DNA of 61,665 nucleotides, filler included, from Squatina squatina (Eukaryota): assembly GCA_031763465.1 (NCBI GenBank). It is 3 parts of 3 records of this genome, joined end to end, with 100 filler letters (N's around TTAATTAATTAA, not from the genome) between each part and the next. Parts side by side here need not be neighbours in the genome. Positions count along the whole stretch, not along the records: positions 42,103 to 61,665 come from JARFOE010000233.1; 2 more parts are not named here. One strand, given 5' to 3'. The position numbers and the translations under genes are program-made. Under the pieces are notes generated by a model, which was not told the origin of the DNA, made no database searches, and saw only the letters and a program-made list of their open reading frames with translations. Below are positions 58,585 to 61,665 of this stretch, in pieces. Every line of letters starts with the position of its first letter. Within the stretch, counting starts at the first letter, position 1.

Positions 58585-60171
58585 NNNNNNNNNNNNNNNN
58601 NNNNNNNNNNNNNNNNNNNNNNNNNNNNNNNNNNNNNNNNNNNNNNNNNNNNNNNNNNNNNNNNNNNNNNNNNNNNNNNNNNNNTATTGGTTTTCCAAAG
58701 TGAGGTTATGGTTCAAGTTTCTGCCCGAATGCATTTGGATAATCACACATTTATAATCGTTCATGAGCCAGCATAACCGTGTGGCGTAATATAACACAAT
58801 TGTTTTCTTTCCTTGCAATAGGAAATATTCCTTGATGTTCTTAAGAGTGGTAACATGATGCAGTTTTATTAATGCAGCTGAAAATCAGCTATCACAAGAA
58901 ATAAGCATTTTTAATCAGAGTGTCTAGTCCACTACTGTGAGTAACCTGATTTTAAGTCACTGAACATGACTTTAAAAAATTATATAGAACCATTTACTAG
59001 TTTCATCAGTTTCTTAGTAATTAATATTATTAAAAGGCTTTTAAAACGTGCCTACCAGTGCCTTTGTGGCTAAATCGAAATGACCTTAGTTTGAAGTGCC
59101 TCTTCGAACAGTCGTAAACGGACGCAATTGGTGGAAACTCGCCATGCTTGTTATTTCGATCTAAGGGTGTGGCCAGTTTTGTTGGCAAGGTGGGTTTCTA
59201 GCATTAAAGATTGCGAAAACCTGATTTATGCTTGATGTAACTTACACTTAAAATTCGCCAATCTTTTACACTAGTTTGGCTGATATCAGTCAAACTGCAC
59301 TGGTTAGTGGAAACTCTAGGCCAAAATATAATCATATAAGCCCATAGCCAAAATCTAAGACACCCCTACCTCCAACAAGACCAGCAGGAATGCTCCTCAA
59401 ACTAGGCATCAAACCATCTATTATTTTAGNNNNNNNNNNGTTACTTTTCTTTACTTAAAAAGCAAAAGTAAAGTCCAGCTACTTAACCATGAATCAGCAC
59501 AGTGGAATCTCACCACTAGATATATGAGAGTGAACTTTATCCAGCACTGTTTAACCAACATCTGAATGTTGGTTGCAGTCCAAACTGGTCAAAACTTGGA
59601 TGCTCATGAAGAAAATCAAAATGGCCAACTTTGAAATCACTTCAACGTTCCAAGAATTCATTCCCATTACAAATATTATATTGACTTAATGCCAAAGTGA
59701 CCTTCCAGGAAAGAATAAATCTCACAAAGATGCCGATTCATTTCTTCAACTTTCTATGACCTTCGTCTTCATCTAACCGTTAGTATTGACCACATTCCTG
59801 TGGTTCCATCCTTTTCTCCTCATTGTTCCTGTGAGACTATTTATGGAGGTATGTTAACAATCCACCCCCAACATCGATTAAACATTTTAGCCAAGACACT
59901 ATTTTAAGTTTCTTTTTTTCAATTCCTATTGTCCTGGGCTTAAAAACATAAAAATTATTGAGATGTTTTAGATTCTCTTACTGTCTTGGTATGTAGACAG
60001 ATCCTTTCACTTTTCTTTGATCCTTTATCCCTTGTCTGACAGAAAAATAAACTAAAGGCAAATTCAGTATGAACTAGAAGGGAAGTGCAATGGGAGCTCA
60101 TGGGGTGACTGATAAATATAGACTGTTTGAGGATGTCCCAGTGCAGTGAATGCCTTTGATTGCTAATTTAA

Positions 60172-60620
60172 CAACTTACATACTTATAGCACCTTTAACA
60201 TAGTAAGACATCCCAAGACGCTTCACAGAAGCATCAACAAACAAAATTTGATACCGAGCCACAAAAGGAGGTAGTAGGACAGAGGTAGGTTTTAATGAAA
60301 GTCTTAAAGGAGGAGAGGGAGGTAGAGAGGCAGGGAGGCTTAGGGAGGGATTTCCTTAAAGTAGAGCCCAGGTAGCTGAAAGCAGAGAAGCCAATGATGG
60401 AGCGGTTAAAATTGGGAATGTGCAAGAGACCAGAATTGGAGGAGCGCAGAGATCTTGGAGGATTGTAAGGCTGGAGAAGGTTACAGAGAGAGGGAGGGGC
60501 AAGGCCATGGAGGGATTTGAAAACAAGGATGAGAATTTTGAAATTGAGGCATCGCTTAACCAGCATTGCTTAATCGGGAGCCAATATAGGTCACTGAGCA
60601 CAGGGGTGATGGGAGAACGA
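60172..60620 (-). mobile_element. L2 LINE 3' region
   Basis: Minus-strand SRSPITPVLSDLYWLPIKQ and FKILILVFKSLHGLAPPSLCNLLQPYNPPRSLRSSNSGLL, followed by an L2 tail. Confidence 0.9.
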
Positions 60621-61665
60621 GAAGCATTACTGTGAAGCACATGCCTCTACAAGTGTGGTCATCAAAAGGACCAACTGGGTCTTAAGGGATGTTTTTGCGA
60701 CCTTGACAGGTTGGGGTGGGGCTCCGCTGATGTCCTGTATAGTCGTAGCCTGCATGGGAAAGTGCCTTGGTTTTGTGTGGCACTTCTCATAATGTCACAG
60801 CTAAGAGACTCAGCCTGGCATAGTGAAGCCACGTCACTGCTTGACTGATATGATTTGAAGTCCATTTGTTCAGTATATTGTAATTGATTATATTAAATTT
60901 AAAAATTAGATTTAATGGCAATAAGTGGAATGGGATGGCAAGATTTACCATTTCTGTGATTATTGTTTTGTCTCCTTGTTCACCATCTATCAATGATCAT
61001 GATGATGAGAATGGCTGTGGAGGTTTAGCATTGATCTGAAACGTGTAATAGATATGTGGAGCAGATCTAAAGTGATAATCCACTGTTGTAAATTATAATT
61101 TGCCCTTGTCACTGTAACAAATTAGCACACTGGGAGCAGTGCTGTGCGACTATAATCAATGAGCACAAATATTGTAACACCGAACAAATTTTATTTAAAT
61201 TCATGAAAAATATTTAATTGTTATACTCACTAATTAAAAAGAGGTCAGCTATTTAAAATGAAAACAAATCATTATCCTTCGGTATTGGTGGCATACTGAA
61301 CCTTCAGAAAGCCAAAGCACACTGACACCAAGTGGAGAGAATCAGCTAATACGACAGCACTGTGTCATCATCATTACACGACCTATGACAGTACTAATGG
61401 ATGTCATTTGGAACAGAGGGCATAATGTCTTAATGACACTCTGTCATCTTTATTTTTTGATTGTGCATGGAATAATAGAATGGGAGGGCATTATAAGACT
61501 GTAATCAAATCAAGGAATTTGTGAATCACATATGAAACTTCAGATTAGATTCTAGTTTTTATCTCCCACGTAATTGTTATTTTAGATACTTTTTTTACAG
61601 AGGGCGGTCTCCGTGCTTTGTGTGCAGTGATGTTGAGTGAGCATCACATCGAATGAAGGCAATGC

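Noticed and set aside
60756-60788. Hairpin containing AAAGTGC as a miR-17-like microRNA
   Set aside because: The stem is only ~10 bp and the rest does not match a mature miRNA I know.

Overview
Vertebrate genomic DNA, most likely from a cartilaginous fish, judging by the shark-type DeuSINE, CR1, L2 and Penelope-like repeats. The window is not one locus. It holds three pieces joined by artificial 100-nt spacers (N44-TTAATTAATTAA-N44) at 16282-16381 and 42003-42102, and each piece consists of ~1-3 kb contigs separated mostly by 100-N gaps of unknown size. Piece 1 (1-16281) keeps the human 5q35-like order: clathrin light chain last exon (+), KIAA1191 (+, 2 exons), SIMC1 (-, 3 full exons and 1 partial) and THOC3 (+, 2 exons). 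Piece 2 (16382-42002) carries 11 conventional ankyrin-G (ANK3) exons, two microexons (24 nt and 12 nt) and one candidate unrecognised cassette exon. Piece 3 (42103-61665) has no host gene I recognise; it contains repeats, a decayed two-gene Harbinger transposon and TAAT-rich enhancer-like DNA. Many exons are missing, almost certainly because they fall in gaps. I found no convincing, wholly new biological system. The best leads are a minimal hammerhead-ribozyme motif in a Penelope-like repeat, the ANK3 microexons and candidate exon, an intronic inverted repeat in KIAA1191, and a CLTA-like sequence at the CLTB position. Homology calls come from remembered human protein sequences and repeat consensus motifs, not from searches, and repeat boundaries are approximate.
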